Below, piece after piece: positions 1 to 10,679 of a stretch of 64,000 nucleotides of DNA. The translations under genes and the position numbers were made by a program. Below the pieces are notes generated by a model, which did no database searches, was not told where the DNA came from, and worked only from the letters and a program-made list of their open reading frames with translations. How positions within the stretch are numbered: the stretch's first letter is position 1; each line of letters begins with the position of its first letter. This DNA is from Candidatus Bathyarchaeota archaeon (GTDB taxonomy: Archaea; Thermoproteota; Bathyarchaeia; TCS64), in NCBI GenBank assembly GCA_963769425.1, contig CAVYLP010000006.1, forward strand, positions 32,001 to 96,000, given 5' to 3'.

Positions 1-312
1 CAAGGGGCAACCCCGAAAATCAACCCACCTAAAAACAACTCCTCAGAATACGACTTGGTTGTTTTAGGCACTCCTGTTTGGGCTGGGAATGTAGCGAGTC
101 CGGTAAGAACGTACCTCAAGGAGCAGGGTTCGGGCATCAAGAAGATTGCTTTCTTTTGCACATCGAACACCACCGATGTTGGGAAAACCTTTGAAGAGAT
201 GAAGAAGCTATGTGGAAAGGAGCCTGTGGCTACGGCAAGATTTGCCTCAAAAGCTATTGGTTCTAATGGTCATCTAAATGATCTTGATGACTTCATAAAG
301 AAAATAAAATAA
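1..312 (+). CDS. flavodoxin family protein (5'-truncated by window)
   Basis: Frame is open from base 1; YDLVVLGTPVWAG and IAFFCT flavodoxin motifs. Confidence 0.8.
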   Translation, partial: QGATPKINPPKNNSSEYDLVVLGTPVWAGNVASPVRTYLKEQGSGIKKIAFFCTSNTTDVGKTFEEMKKLCGKEPVATARFASKAIGSNGHLNDLDDFIKKIK

Positions 313-323
313 CTCTCTCGCTC

Positions 324-569
324 TTAGGTTAGATGAAGATGTTTTTTACGAACGTGGCGTAAATCACGGTACAACGTATAACTTACAACTCCAATGACTG
401 TCACGCCAATTATTAACCAGGAAAGATGGTTATTAACATCTGGTCCACTTGTTGGAGGTCCAAAAACTAAGACGAATATTAGTGACATTGCGAGGAACGC
501 AAAGAATGCAATAATGGTTTCAAGCCGTTTTCCATACGCATTAAGGTGTTTTTTCTCCTCGTCGGTCAT
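324..569 (-). CDS. small two-TM membrane protein
   Basis: 81 aa ORF with two hydrophobic segments. Confidence 0.55.
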   Translation of the reverse strand: MTDEEKKHLNAYGKRLETIIAFFAFLAMSLIFVLVFGPPTSGPDVNNHLSWLIIGVTVIGVVSYTLYRDLRHVRKKHLHLT

Positions 570-845
570 CAGTGAACATTAGCATAGAGCCCCTTATCAT
601 TTATGCGCTAATCGCGCGCTTCTAAGGAACACGCACCTGTGATCGACAGAAAAATAGATGACTGCGCATTTTCAATATAATGCCCAACCTCAATGCAACT
701 CTGACAAGACAGGGCTCTCGTGGATCGGACTGGTCAAAAGGGACATCTTTCAGAAAGTAAATAGCAAATCGAAGATAGCTAGTCGCACGTATCATCAGCC
801 TTATACACCAATAACCCACTGATTTTATTGGTAGTGTGATTTAGT

Positions 846-1451
846 TTGGTTTCATTGTCCCAAGCGAAGATCCTGGGCGAAGTAGGCTCGATTCTGGTCG
901 TTCTAACAGCTATCCCCAGCGCGGGTGGTCTACTCGGCATAGCGGGCTTCATACTCTTACTAATCGCGGTCAAGGAAATCTCGGACCATGTCGGCGATAG
1001 ATCGATCTTCAACAACATGCTGATCTCAGTCGGAGCCGCCATCGTCGGCATAGTCGTTGCAACTATCCTGCTGATTGGTAGCCTCATCAGCTTCTTCTAC
1101 AGCAACGGACTCGTAGGCCAACCACCGAACTTCACAAACGTGCCCCCAAGCGAGTTGGTAGGATTAATCGTGCCCATTCTCGAAGTATTAGCAATCGTCT
1201 GGGTCGCGCTTATCATATCCGCGGTCTTCGTCAGGAGAAGCTACTCCGCTATCGCATCCAAGCTGGGTGTCGGAATGTTCAGGACCGCTGGCTTGGTGTA
1301 CCTGATAGGAGCCGCTACATCGATTGTGATCATCGGGTTCTTCATAATCTTCATAGCTCAGGTACTTCTGATCGTCGCGTTCTTCTCCATCCCCGAGAAA
1401 ACTGCGGAACCGATGGTACCGCCGCCTCCAGCTACGACAACAAGCACATGA
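846..1451 (+). CDS. DUF996-like membrane protein
   Basis: AKILGEVGSIL N-terminus, IFNNML, FRTAGLVYLIGA; multiple TMs. Confidence 0.75.
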   Translation: MVSLSQAKILGEVGSILVVLTAIPSAGGLLGIAGFILLLIAVKEISDHVGDRSIFNNMLISVGAAIVGIVVATILLIGSLISFFYSNGLVGQPPNFTNVPPSELVGLIVPILEVLAIVWVALIISAVFVRRSYSAIASKLGVGMFRTAGLVYLIGAATSIVIIGFFIIFIAQVLLIVAFFSIPEKTAEPMVPPPPATTTST

Positions 1452-1490
1452 TTCGAACCCTCTTTCATATTATTACAGCTTGCAAAGAAG

Positions 1491-1745
1491 CTAGACCTTT
1501 AACGCCTCATCATTCTTATCCTCAACCCACCAGACCCATGCACCTTCATCATTGTGTTTTGCTTTTATTGTGCCGCTGAGCCTCATCATGTTCAAGGCAA
1601 CGACGCTGTCGAATATGCAGAACGGCACTCTCTTGTGAACCTCCTGCTGAAGTTCCTTTGTCGTCAGAGGCTTCTTCGCTTCCCTCAGCACCAGTTTAAT
1701 GAGAGGTGGACCGCCTTTTGGCTCATTTTCAGATATTGCAGTCAT
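1491..1745 (-). CDS. small winged-helix-like protein
   Basis: ATG overlaps upstream stop (ATGA); VLREAKKPLTTKELQQEV...GTIK...WVWWV pattern. Confidence 0.55.
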   Translation of the reverse strand: MTAISENEPKGGPPLIKLVLREAKKPLTTKELQQEVHKRVPFCIFDSVVALNMMRLSGTIKAKHNDEGAWVWWVEDKNDEALKV

Positions 1746-2338
1746 GGGATAGTCATCCTCTTCCTCTCCTTTGTAATCCACCAGATTACTCCTATGACCG
1801 TTAACGGGATACCGAATATTATCAGAAGCCAGACCACCGTCCATAAACTCGTATAGACGAAATAGTCAAAAGTCCAAGTGGATACTGCCACATTCCAGTT
1901 TCCTTCAAGATAAACCCTGATGCTGAAAGCGATCCAGAAAAGTACCGAAAATGCTCCGCCTCCATTGCTCGTGGAGCGTGTGGGTGAGTCAAAGAAGTGA
2001 TACTCATTTCTCTCCTCGATTGGTAGTCTTCTCCACCACCACCAACCTGCTAAGGATGCTATGATCACTGGGATTCCGACTAGGATGAGTTCCAAGTAGA
2101 TCACATGTAGAATGAATGTGACCACGTTATTCATAGTCCATTGACTCAAGATCGATGGGACTAGTCCGGTTGATTGGGCGTTGGCTATGAACCATAGGAA
2201 GACGAAGACGGCGCCAACAGCTACAATGGCAGCCGCCACCACAAATATAGCGAGCATGGGCCAGTGCTTGCTCAGGAACCTTCTCCATCCCTTGGGATCG
2301 TTGTCCAGTGAAGTTTCATTCATCATCTTCTTTCTCAA
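1742..2338 (-). CDS. hypothetical integral membrane protein
   Basis: 198 aa, about 4 TM segments, Trp-rich. Confidence 0.7.
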   Translation of the reverse strand: MRKKMMNETSLDNDPKGWRRFLSKHWPMLAIFVVAAAIVAVGAVFVFLWFIANAQSTGLVPSILSQWTMNNVVTFILHVIYLELILVGIPVIIASLAGWWWWRRLPIEERNEYHFFDSPTRSTSNGGGAFSVLFWIAFSIRVYLEGNWNVAVSTWTFDYFVYTSLWTVVWLLIIFGIPLTVIGVIWWITKERKRMTIP

Positions 2339-2568
2339 CTATTTTAGATTAGTTTGAGCTTTAAACATTATTTTTAAAACTTGATCAAAGTATAGTTTGA
2401 TAGGACAAATGAGAATATGGGGCTTTTTAGCCCCCGGAATGTTGTTATTGCTTCCCCTATTAAAAAAGGAAACAGATCAAACAACTTAATGTGCGCGCGA
2501 AAGAGCGAGAGATAGGTTTCAATCAATTATTTTACCTCATTGCCTAGTGCTCACATAATGTAGTTTAG

Positions 2569-3621
2569 TTAAGCTTCCGACATCGCGTCGCTCACTGTCA
2601 TATTCAAAACTGTCTCCGCGATGTCCGAGCCATACTCAGAGGTCCTTACTATACTCTCCACTATAAGCCTCAACTGTGGAACATCCTCCACAGGAGCCAA
2701 TTTCACAATCTTGTGAATAACCTCCGCTTCCATTCTTCGAATCTCCTCGGCGGAGTACATGATCTTGTCGGCTTCAGTGTAGTTCTCGTCGAGGAGTGCC
2801 TCCATCGCCGTCTCAAACACCTTGATAGCCGACTGACTGATCCCGTTGAGTTCTTTCAGTATCTCCTCGTTTATTGGGACTAGGTGGAGAACTAGGCGGT
2901 TCTCCGCGATGTTGGTAGCGTGGTCGGCCATGCGCTCAATCGACTTGGTAACGAGTCTATATCCCAGACACTGTCTTGTATTTGCAATTCCGCTCACCTT
3001 CAAGACCTGAGCGTCCACGACAGCGACGCTTAACAGCCTCATCACGTAGAAGCTGAAACGGTCAACCTCGTCGTCCATGCCTACCACCTCCTTAGCTATC
3101 CTGGGGTTATCGCTGCTCAGTGTCTGGACTGCATCCCTATGCATGGAGGCAGCGATTATGGACATTCGCCTCAGGGCGTCTTTCACAGAAAGCTCAGCGT
3201 AGCTGAGCAGTATCTGCAGTGTTAGCTCGTTTGGAAGGTCGCTGAGGGTCTCAGTACCAACCAGCTTCTTCCTGACAAAGTCCTTGATCGCGTAGCGAAC
3301 CTCTGGGTCGATTCGTTTCTGAGTTGAGCGTATCTGAATGATGTTGTACCCGCCAAGGTACGAGGATACGAGGTGGCGGACGACACTCTCCGGCTTATCA
3401 CCCTCATTAATGGTAATACTGACCTTCTTGATCCTTTCAGGAGAAATCTGATCCTTAGGCCTGATGTTCAGAGACATGTCGCTGCTCTTAATCATACTCA
3501 CAACGCTGCCCCTTCCAAGGCCCATTTGTTCGACCCATGCTTTAGGCAGAGAGACGATGTAGGTTGAACCGCCTGTGACCTGGATTTTTCTAAGCTCCTC
3601 TAACCCTTCCTCATCAGGCAT
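2569..3621 (-). CDS. phosphate uptake regulator (AbrB N-domain plus PhoU domains)
   Basis: RKIQVTGGSTYIVSLPKAW AbrB motif; DDEVDR and ERMADHA PhoU motifs; divergent from pstS. Confidence 0.9.
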   Translation of the reverse strand: MPDEEGLEELRKIQVTGGSTYIVSLPKAWVEQMGLGRGSVVSMIKSSDMSLNIRPKDQISPERIKKVSITINEGDKPESVVRHLVSSYLGGYNIIQIRSTQKRIDPEVRYAIKDFVRKKLVGTETLSDLPNELTLQILLSYAELSVKDALRRMSIIAASMHRDAVQTLSSDNPRIAKEVVGMDDEVDRFSFYVMRLLSVAVVDAQVLKVSGIANTRQCLGYRLVTKSIERMADHATNIAENRLVLHLVPINEEILKELNGISQSAIKVFETAMEALLDENYTEADKIMYSAEEIRRMEAEVIHKIVKLAPVEDVPQLRLIVESIVRTSEYGSDIAETVLNMTVSDAMSEA

Positions 3622-3809
3622 CTTCTATCCGCCTATCTTCAATTGCATGCAATATAGGATCGCCTCCTTTTTACATTAATCTATGTAGAAAATATATATA
3701 ATATATAACTATGATTTATATTTATATATCGTAGATTAGCCATATAACTTACCTTTATGCATATATTTGGTGAGGATCTCAAAAAAAGTGATCATCAGAA
3801 GGAAAAAAA
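3622..3809. promoter_or_regulatory. AT-rich divergent promoter region of the pst locus
   Basis: Multiple TATA-like runs between the divergent regulator and pstS. Confidence 0.6.
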
Positions 3810-4913
3810 ATGAATAATAAAATCATTGTTGGTGTTGTAGCAGTTGTCGTCATTGTAGCAGCTATATATGGCTACATGACTTTCTTATCACCTCAAACCA
3901 GCCAGACGCCAGAGACATTGACTGGTTCAGGAGCGACGTTTCCGTATCCGTTATTGGACACGATGATTAAGCAGTATCAAACACAGAAAACCAATGTTGA
4001 GATCAATTATCAATCCATTGGAAGTGGAGGCGGCATCTCAGCCCTTGAGGGCAAGACAGTTGACTTTGCGGCATCTGATGCACCTTTAGGCGCCGCAGAC
4101 ATGGCCAAGGCACCAAACTCTCTGCACATCCCAGAAACCATAGGAGCAGTCACAATGGCGTATAATCTCCCTAATGTTCCATCAGGACTCCACCTGACTG
4201 GTAGTGTAATCGCTGACATCTTCTCGGGTAAGGTTACAACATGGAATGACTCTGAGATTCAGAACCTCAACTCAAATGTAACCCTGCCCTCCAACAACAT
4301 ACTCATCGTCCATAGATCAGATGGATCTGGCACAACTTTCATTTTCACAGGATACTTGACCCTATCTAGCGATTCGTGGAAAAATGCACTTGGTCAGGGT
4401 AAGACAGTTGCTTGGCCAGTTGGAATAGGTGCTAACGGTAACACCGGAGTAGCCAGTGTCGTCCAAGGAACTCAATACACAATAGGATACGTCGAGTTGG
4501 CTTACGCTCTACAAAACCAGATGACAGTAGCAGCGATACAGAACCCAGCAGGAAACTGGATTCTACCCACATTAAACACCATCCAGATAGCTGTACAATC
4601 AGCCGCTTCAAAGGGTCTCCCAGCGGGCAACGGAGACTGGTCAGGTGTTAACCTACTAAACGCTCCTGATCCACAGGCATATCCCATAGTCAGCTTCACC
4701 TATCTACTAGTTTACAAGGAACTCAATGTTATTCCGGATATGACTCAGACAAAGGCGACTGCTCTCGTCCAATTTATATGGTGGGTAGTACATGAAGGCC
4801 AGGCTAATGCACCCGGACTTGCATACGTGCAACTCCCAGCAAACGTAGTACAGATAGACGAAGCTTCAATCAAATCGATAACCTTCAACGGTCAACAACT
4901 GCCGACGAGTTGA
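3810..4913 (+). CDS. pstS: phosphate ABC transporter substrate-binding protein
   Basis: GSGATFPYP, SIGSGGG, HRSDGSGTT, IGYVE motifs; N-terminal anchor. Confidence 0.95.
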   Translation: MNNKIIVGVVAVVVIVAAIYGYMTFLSPQTSQTPETLTGSGATFPYPLLDTMIKQYQTQKTNVEINYQSIGSGGGISALEGKTVDFAASDAPLGAADMAKAPNSLHIPETIGAVTMAYNLPNVPSGLHLTGSVIADIFSGKVTTWNDSEIQNLNSNVTLPSNNILIVHRSDGSGTTFIFTGYLTLSSDSWKNALGQGKTVAWPVGIGANGNTGVASVVQGTQYTIGYVELAYALQNQMTVAAIQNPAGNWILPTLNTIQIAVQSAASKGLPAGNGDWSGVNLLNAPDPQAYPIVSFTYLLVYKELNVIPDMTQTKATALVQFIWWVVHEGQANAPGLAYVQLPANVVQIDEASIKSITFNGQQLPTS

Positions 4914-4980
4914 CAGTGATGCCAATCTCGGTATACTATAAAAGATTCCATTTTTTTAGGTTACACAATAAAATCCTAGG

Positions 4981-5934
4981 TTGATTGCATTGAACCAAAA
5001 TACTTCAGCGGATAATTTATTCAAAATTCTAACCGCTGTCCTCGCAGCATCCGCTTTAATTATTCTTGTCATCACCGGATACACACTTCTGAGTGGTTCT
5101 CTACCAGTGCTAGAGAGGTTTGGTATAAGTTTCTTCACAGGGACGCAATGGAACCCCGTTGAGGGAAGAGAAATATTCGGTGCACTTCCATATCTTCTAG
5201 GGACCTTAGCTACTTCTGCGATTGCCCTTTTAATCGGCGTACCACTCAGTATCGGGATAGCGATTTTTTTAGTAGAGATGGCTCCGAGAGCCGTGCGTGT
5301 ACCAATTTCTTACTTCGTAGACATACTTGCTGCGGTCCCTAGCGTGATATACGGGCTGTGGGGGCTCTTCGTACTAAGATACTGGTTAGTCGATTATATC
5401 GAGAAGCCACTATCATCTTACTTTGGGTGGATCCCGATCTTCAGCGGGACCCCCTACGGTCTCGATGTCTTCACCGCCGGTGTAATCTTAGCGATTATGA
5501 TCATACCCACGATATCCTCGGTATCGAGGGAGGTCATCAAAGCTGTTCCCAACTCAATTAGAGAAGGAGCTTACAGCATCGGCGCAACAAGATGGGAGGT
5601 AATTAGTAATTGGGTGCTAAGCTACGGGAGATCTGGGCTATTTGGCGCCGTTATTTTGGGTCTTGGCCGAGCGATAGGAGAAACGATGGCGGTAACAATG
5701 GTCATAGGTAACACCGTTGGACCAGCCGCGATACCAACTTCCCTATTCAAAGGAAGCCAGACAATGTCATCTCTAATTGCCAACGGCTTTCTCGAGGCAA
5801 CCCCTGCCTCCCTTGAATTACCAGCCTACATAGGAGTGGGATTGCTCCTGCTCCTGTTGAGTCTTGCAATTAATGTAATCGCCGAAATCATGGTCAGCCG
5901 AGTCCTTAAGGTAAAGGGAGGCGCAATAGAGTAG
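4981..5934 (+). CDS. pstC: phosphate ABC transporter permease
   Basis: LAAVPSVIYGLWG, LGRAIGETMAV. Confidence 0.95.
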   Translation: MIALNQNTSADNLFKILTAVLAASALIILVITGYTLLSGSLPVLERFGISFFTGTQWNPVEGREIFGALPYLLGTLATSAIALLIGVPLSIGIAIFLVEMAPRAVRVPISYFVDILAAVPSVIYGLWGLFVLRYWLVDYIEKPLSSYFGWIPIFSGTPYGLDVFTAGVILAIMIIPTISSVSREVIKAVPNSIREGAYSIGATRWEVISNWVLSYGRSGLFGAVILGLGRAIGETMAVTMVIGNTVGPAAIPTSLFKGSQTMSSLIANGFLEATPASLELPAYIGVGLLLLLLSLAINVIAEIMVSRVLKVKGGAIE

Positions 5935-6771
5935 TTGAGGAGCTATGCCTATAGAAAATTCAAGGATCAACTATTCTTCGCCCTTTCACTAGCATGCGTA
6001 TTAATCGCTTTGACTCCTCTGGTAAGCATCCTGATCGAGGTCATAATCAGGGGGGCTCCACAACTAAGCATAGAATTTCTAACGCAACCCGCTGGAGTTA
6101 TAGGAGGGTCGTCTGGTGGCATCGGTCCTGCGATTCAAGGGACCCTGATCCTCATCGCACTTACCAGCCTCATGGGCATACCGCTTGGAATCATGTCGGG
6201 AATTTACTTGGCTGAATACGGGAGGAACAAGTACGCCACCTTGATGAGAATGTTCAACAATGTACTAACCGAGTTCCCCTCGATAGTCGTTGGATTAACA
6301 GTATTCATCGTCGTGGTTCTCTCGCTAGGTCACTTCTCACCACTTGCAGGCGCGATCGCCCTCTCATTCATATTGATCCCTGTCGTCGCCAGAACCACCG
6401 AGGAGTCACTGAAGCTGGTTCCTAACTCTGTTCGTGAGGCATCGCTTGCACTCGGCGTTAACAGGTGGAGGACAATTGTAAGCGTCGTTTTACCATCTGC
6501 ACAAGGAGGTTTAGTAACTGGTACCCTCTTGGCGGTCGCCAGGATCGCAGGAGAGACAGCTCCCTTAATCATGACCGTTCTCGGGAACCAGAACTTCTTC
6601 CAGGGTTTTAGTCAACCCATGGATGCTCTCCCCCTTAGAATTTGGAGGGATGCTCTATTACCTTACCCTGAGTTCCAGGCTCAAGGTTGGGGAGCAGCGT
6701 TGATTTTAATTTTAATGGTCCTAAGCATCAATATCAGTGTCAGATGGATCAGCACGAGGTCAGGTAGGTAA
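5935..6771 (+). CDS. pstA: phosphate ABC transporter permease
   Basis: [17 protein letters not shown]. Confidence 0.95.
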   Translation: MRSYAYRKFKDQLFFALSLACVLIALTPLVSILIEVIIRGAPQLSIEFLTQPAGVIGGSSGGIGPAIQGTLILIALTSLMGIPLGIMSGIYLAEYGRNKYATLMRMFNNVLTEFPSIVVGLTVFIVVVLSLGHFSPLAGAIALSFILIPVVARTTEESLKLVPNSVREASLALGVNRWRTIVSVVLPSAQGGLVTGTLLAVARIAGETAPLIMTVLGNQNFFQGFSQPMDALPLRIWRDALLPYPEFQAQGWGAALILILMVLSINISVRWISTRSGR

Positions 6772-6778
6772 CAAATAT

Positions 6779-7618
6779 ATGGAGACAAGCTTGGAAAAGA
6801 ATGAGATGACTCCCAGTACATACGACGAGAAATCTTCGAATGAACAACATACGGTGCAATTCGACGATAAGATGAAGAGCGTCAAATTGAGCGCCTGGTT
6901 CGGGGAAAAACAAGCCCTTAAGAACATTGATCTACCGATTCGCACTAATTGTGTCACTGCCATCATCGGCCCATCAGGCTGTGGTAAATCAACCTTTATC
7001 AGGTGCCTCAACAGAATGCATGAGCTTATACCAGATTCTCGGATGACAGGTCAGGTGCTACTGGATGGAAGAGACATCTATTCAAAAGATAGCGACCCGG
7101 TCCAAGTTCGTAGAAGAGTCGGAATGATTTTTCAGAAGCCCAATCCCTTCCCCACGATGTCGATCTACGATAACGTTGCAGCCGGGTTAAGGCTAACGGG
7201 ATTCAACTCTGGGAAGGATCTGGATAGTATCGTAAAAAAGAGCCTAGAACAGGCGACTCTATGGGACGAAGTAAAGGACGACTTGAAGAAACCGGGCACA
7301 AGCATATCGGGTGGGCAACAGCAACGGCTATGCATTGCGAGGGCTATCGCATTAGAGCCCGAAGTTATTCTGATGGACGAGCCTTGTTCTGCTCTAGATC
7401 CTGTGGCTACTGCAAGGATAGAGCAACTGATGATTCAGCTGAAGAGAGACTACACGGTTGTGATTGTTACTCATAACATGCAGCAGGCAGCACGAGTCGC
7501 TGATTTTACTTCCTTTTTTTACCTCGGAGAATTGATCGAGTACGGGCCGACCAAGCAGATCTTTGAGAAGCCTGTTAAGAAGTTGACTGAGAGTTATTTG
7601 ACTGGGAGATTTGGGTAG
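6779..7618 (+). CDS. pstB: phosphate ABC transporter ATPase (start uncertain)
   Basis: [31 protein letters not shown]-terminal YLTGRFG. Confidence 0.95.
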   Translation: METSLEKNEMTPSTYDEKSSNEQHTVQFDDKMKSVKLSAWFGEKQALKNIDLPIRTNCVTAIIGPSGCGKSTFIRCLNRMHELIPDSRMTGQVLLDGRDIYSKDSDPVQVRRRVGMIFQKPNPFPTMSIYDNVAAGLRLTGFNSGKDLDSIVKKSLEQATLWDEVKDDLKKPGTSISGGQQQRLCIARAIALEPEVILMDEPCSALDPVATARIEQLMIQLKRDYTVVIVTHNMQQAARVADFTSFFYLGELIEYGPTKQIFEKPVKKLTESYLTGRFG

Positions 7619-7620
7619 GT

Positions 7621-8265
7621 GTGGAAATGTCTAGACTGATGGATCTCGGATTAGAGCAGTTAACGAAAATGATTCTCGATATGTCGAGTTTGACGGAGAA
7701 GACGATCATCAGCTCCCTCGACGCTTATCAAAGGAAGTCTACGGTAACCTCTGACTCAATATTTCAACTATCAAATCAATTAAGCATGCTGAAGGAGAAC
7801 ACGAATGATTTAGCGGTTGAGTTACTAGCAAGATATCAGCCACTGGCCGTTGATCTTAGATACATAAAATCGTGCATCGATATCTCATACGATCTATCAC
7901 GATTTGGGAGATACGCCTATGATATCGCACTTACACCAAGCTGGCTCGGCGATTTATCGTCCTGCGACTTCACCGTTTCTCTGGATATGGCTGACAAGGC
8001 ATTGGCCATGATTAGAAAGAGTATGGTTGCTTTCAAGAATAGGGACGCGGAGCTTGCAAAGACTCTCGCAAGAGACGACGACGTCATCGATCGAATGTAT
8101 AAGGAAACAGTCTCTTCGATTATGAATAGTAAAGAGGCCGAGATGAAGTGCGTGGTGGCGACCTTACTCTTGGTGCGTCATCTTGAACGCATGGCTGACC
8201 ATGCTTGCTATATTGGCGATTCTGTTGTCTACATAATTGAAGGCCAGAAGGTAAATCTGGAATAG
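7621..8265 (+). CDS. phoU: phosphate signalling protein PhoU
   Basis: QPLAVDLR, DDVID, LERMADHA; follows pstB. Confidence 0.9.
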   Translation: MEMSRLMDLGLEQLTKMILDMSSLTEKTIISSLDAYQRKSTVTSDSIFQLSNQLSMLKENTNDLAVELLARYQPLAVDLRYIKSCIDISYDLSRFGRYAYDIALTPSWLGDLSSCDFTVSLDMADKALAMIRKSMVAFKNRDAELAKTLARDDDVIDRMYKETVSSIMNSKEAEMKCVVATLLLVRHLERMADHACYIGDSVVYIIEGQKVNLE

Positions 8266-8313
8266 CCATTTACTTTTTTTCGTGAAATTTATTGTCTGTG
8301 TATAAAGCGTAGC

Positions 8314-9102
8314 TTAAGCTAGTCTAAATTTGGAATCATCCATAGTAAAACGCTCCCCACCGGCGATTATTACTTCAACGCTAATGTATTCCTCAAGCCC
8401 ACTACCCCTGATCTTCGTAGCCAACAGGTTATCAACCTGGAATATCCCAGCTGGGTTCGTCATTTCTATCTTAACCTTAATCGGTTTTTCGACACCCTCC
8501 TCGATACTCACCCTATCGATAGAAAGAGCGGATACTGAGTGAATGTTGATGCGACCCGCCTCATAGGGAATGCGCGCCCTACCCTTCTCCATGTCAAGCG
8601 AATCAGCTACCTTAACAACGCCCGCTTCAAGCGTAAGCGGCCTCTCAGAGGCCTGATGACTGACCACAGCGTGCAAAACCTCACTAGAGACTATCGCCGC
8701 TTCCTCGGGTTTGTAGACTAGAGGTAGACACCTCCGAAGTACCTCCCCGGCTAAACCGACGCTCAGAACCTCGTGTCCATCTCGAATGATGGACATCCCA
8801 AGATCGTGCGTCACTGAAGCGAGGAGAACAACGACCTCGGCGTCATCCACACTCATGCCGTAGTTTACCTTTATGCTTGGCTCGATTTTCCTGGATGTGA
8901 GGATCCTCAGCAGCTTTATTGCTCTATTTGCAACTAACTTCACATGTGTAGGCCCATGATCGCTGTAACCCATACGATCAATTGCGAGTACATTAGCGCA
9001 TCTCCAAAGTGTATGTAGCTCAACGTCTGAGTCGATGAAATCTAACATGGCGCTGAGCTTTGTGTTTCCTTTTATAGGGATGCTGAGGATGTTTTTCGGC
9101 AC
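8314..9102 (-). CDS. HD-domain phosphohydrolase (COG3294-like)
   Basis: GYSDHGPTH, THDLG, VADSLDMEKGRAR. Confidence 0.85.
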   Translation of the reverse strand: MPKNILSIPIKGNTKLSAMLDFIDSDVELHTLWRCANVLAIDRMGYSDHGPTHVKLVANRAIKLLRILTSRKIEPSIKVNYGMSVDDAEVVVLLASVTHDLGMSIIRDGHEVLSVGLAGEVLRRCLPLVYKPEEAAIVSSEVLHAVVSHQASERPLTLEAGVVKVADSLDMEKGRARIPYEAGRINIHSVSALSIDRVSIEEGVEKPIKVKIEMTNPAGIFQVDNLLATKIRGSGLEEYISVEVIIAGGERFTMDDSKFRLA

Positions 9103-9405
9103 CAGTGGTCACCTTAAATCGTGATGAGCGTCTGCTTATTTCAATAATTCTAGACTCGTACGCGCGGTGATCAAGCGACTAAAACTTCCATAATGGTAAG
9201 AATTAGCGCTGTTTGTAAAATCCCTAACTCAAATAGAACCTAGGGTGAGTGATTATTATACCCAGCGAATCAAAGTTCCATAGTGCGTAAATGAGTAACA
9301 TTAGTGCAACTCCTGCGACTATTGAGAAGAGATAAAAACGGTTTCTAATCATCGAAATGTTAGTAGGCAGAGCCTAATAGGTTTTGCAAGAGCATGATTA
9401 GTGGA

Positions 9406-10530
9406 CTATTGTTCAAGATTTTTTTTGATTATTGTCTTTAGCCATTCACGTTGAGCCCACAGAGCGCAGCCGCCGGTGGTCTCAGGCAGTTGTGAGTGCT
9501 TCTCCCTGATCATTGACAGGAATTTGGACCCTAAAGCTTCCCGTAGAGAGGTCACATTCAGATCCGTGTCGGAGTATGGTATGAATGGGCAGGGCTCGAC
9601 GTTACCCACAGCATTGATGTGGACGAATCCTCTCCCCGCCGCTAGGCAGCCACCGACATCCTCTTCGTCGCCAGGTAGGTTAAGGAACACGGCCTTGAAG
9701 CTGCTTCTGAGTTGTTCTCTGATTTGTTTCATCTCGTTCCGCTGGTTGGGGGTGACGACCCAGGACTTTGTTCCCTCAATTATCGGCGTGTACTCATCGT
9801 AGATGAATAGTCTGCAGCCCTTATCGTAAAGTTCACTCACAAAGTTAGCGTCAGTGACGACGGGGAAGTTGTTGTTGGTGACCGTGATGGAGGTTCCCCA
9901 GAATATGTGCCTCTCACTCATTGTCTTGAAGGTGCTCCCAAGTCGCTCGTAGACCCCAGCGCCTCTACGCTCATCGGTCTCGGCTCGGTGACCCTCGAGG
10001 CTGATCAGGGGAACCAAGTTTCTAGTCTTCCTGATCCTCTCGAGGAGCTCGTCGTTTAGCAGTGTCCCGTTTGTGAACATGATGAACATGATGTGTCGGT
10101 TCTCTTCAACGATGTTGAGGATTTCCGGCCTAACAAGGGGTTCGCCCCCGCTCAGAACCATGAATGATACGCCGAGTTCGTCGGCTTCCCCGATGATTCG
10201 CCGCAGTTGGCTCTCGGAAAGCTCCTCTGCGGTGGGTTTACGGAGGGCGTTGTTGAAGCACCCCTTGCAGAGCAGGTTACACCTGTTCGTTATGCTGAAG
10301 ATCATGATTGGCGGTACGTGGAGTCCCTCTTCCTCAAGTCGGTCTCTTTTCTGAGCTGCCCTTCGCTGCCATCTGAGTGTGTTGACATAGAATTTGGCTG
10401 TTGATGGGCTTGTTAACGCTGCCTTTAGCATGTCCCCGAAGAAAATGCCTAGAGAATCGTTGAGTTGTTTGTCGAAGACAATGCGATCAGTGGTGGATTT
10501 TTGAGGTAATTCCACGTTAGTCTCATTCAT
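9406..10530 (-). CDS. radical SAM protein with SPASM/twitch domain
   Basis: CNLLCKGC, SGGEP, C-terminal CLAAG...EPCPF...C. Confidence 0.9.
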   Translation of the reverse strand: MNETNVELPQKSTTDRIVFDKQLNDSLGIFFGDMLKAALTSPSTAKFYVNTLRWQRRAAQKRDRLEEEGLHVPPIMIFSITNRCNLLCKGCFNNALRKPTAEELSESQLRRIIGEADELGVSFMVLSGGEPLVRPEILNIVEENRHIMFIMFTNGTLLNDELLERIRKTRNLVPLISLEGHRAETDERRGAGVYERLGSTFKTMSERHIFWGTSITVTNNNFPVVTDANFVSELYDKGCRLFIYDEYTPIIEGTKSWVVTPNQRNEMKQIREQLRSSFKAVFLNLPGDEEDVGGCLAAGRGFVHINAVGNVEPCPFIPYSDTDLNVTSLREALGSKFLSMIREKHSQLPETTGGCALWAQREWLKTIIKKNLEQ

Positions 10531-10679
10531 CTATGATCGGGCTCCGTTCTTCAGTCTCTCCTGTGACGAGTTGCCATTCCTATTAAGGGTTAGCAATATT
10601 GACTGACGATGTCGACGAGCTAATTTTATATTTTTAAACATTGATGAATAACCAATCCGAGTTGATATTGACCTCTTAG

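Noticed and set aside
5932-5937. In-frame stop-start junctions (pstC/pstA; also 15650-15655 and 27787-27792) as readthrough fusions
   Set aside because: Each partner is a normal full-length subunit; this is compact operon packing
9406-10530. Radical SAM protein as NrdG or a RiPP maturase
   Set aside because: Length and twitch domain are unlike NrdG, and no adjacent precursor peptide is evident
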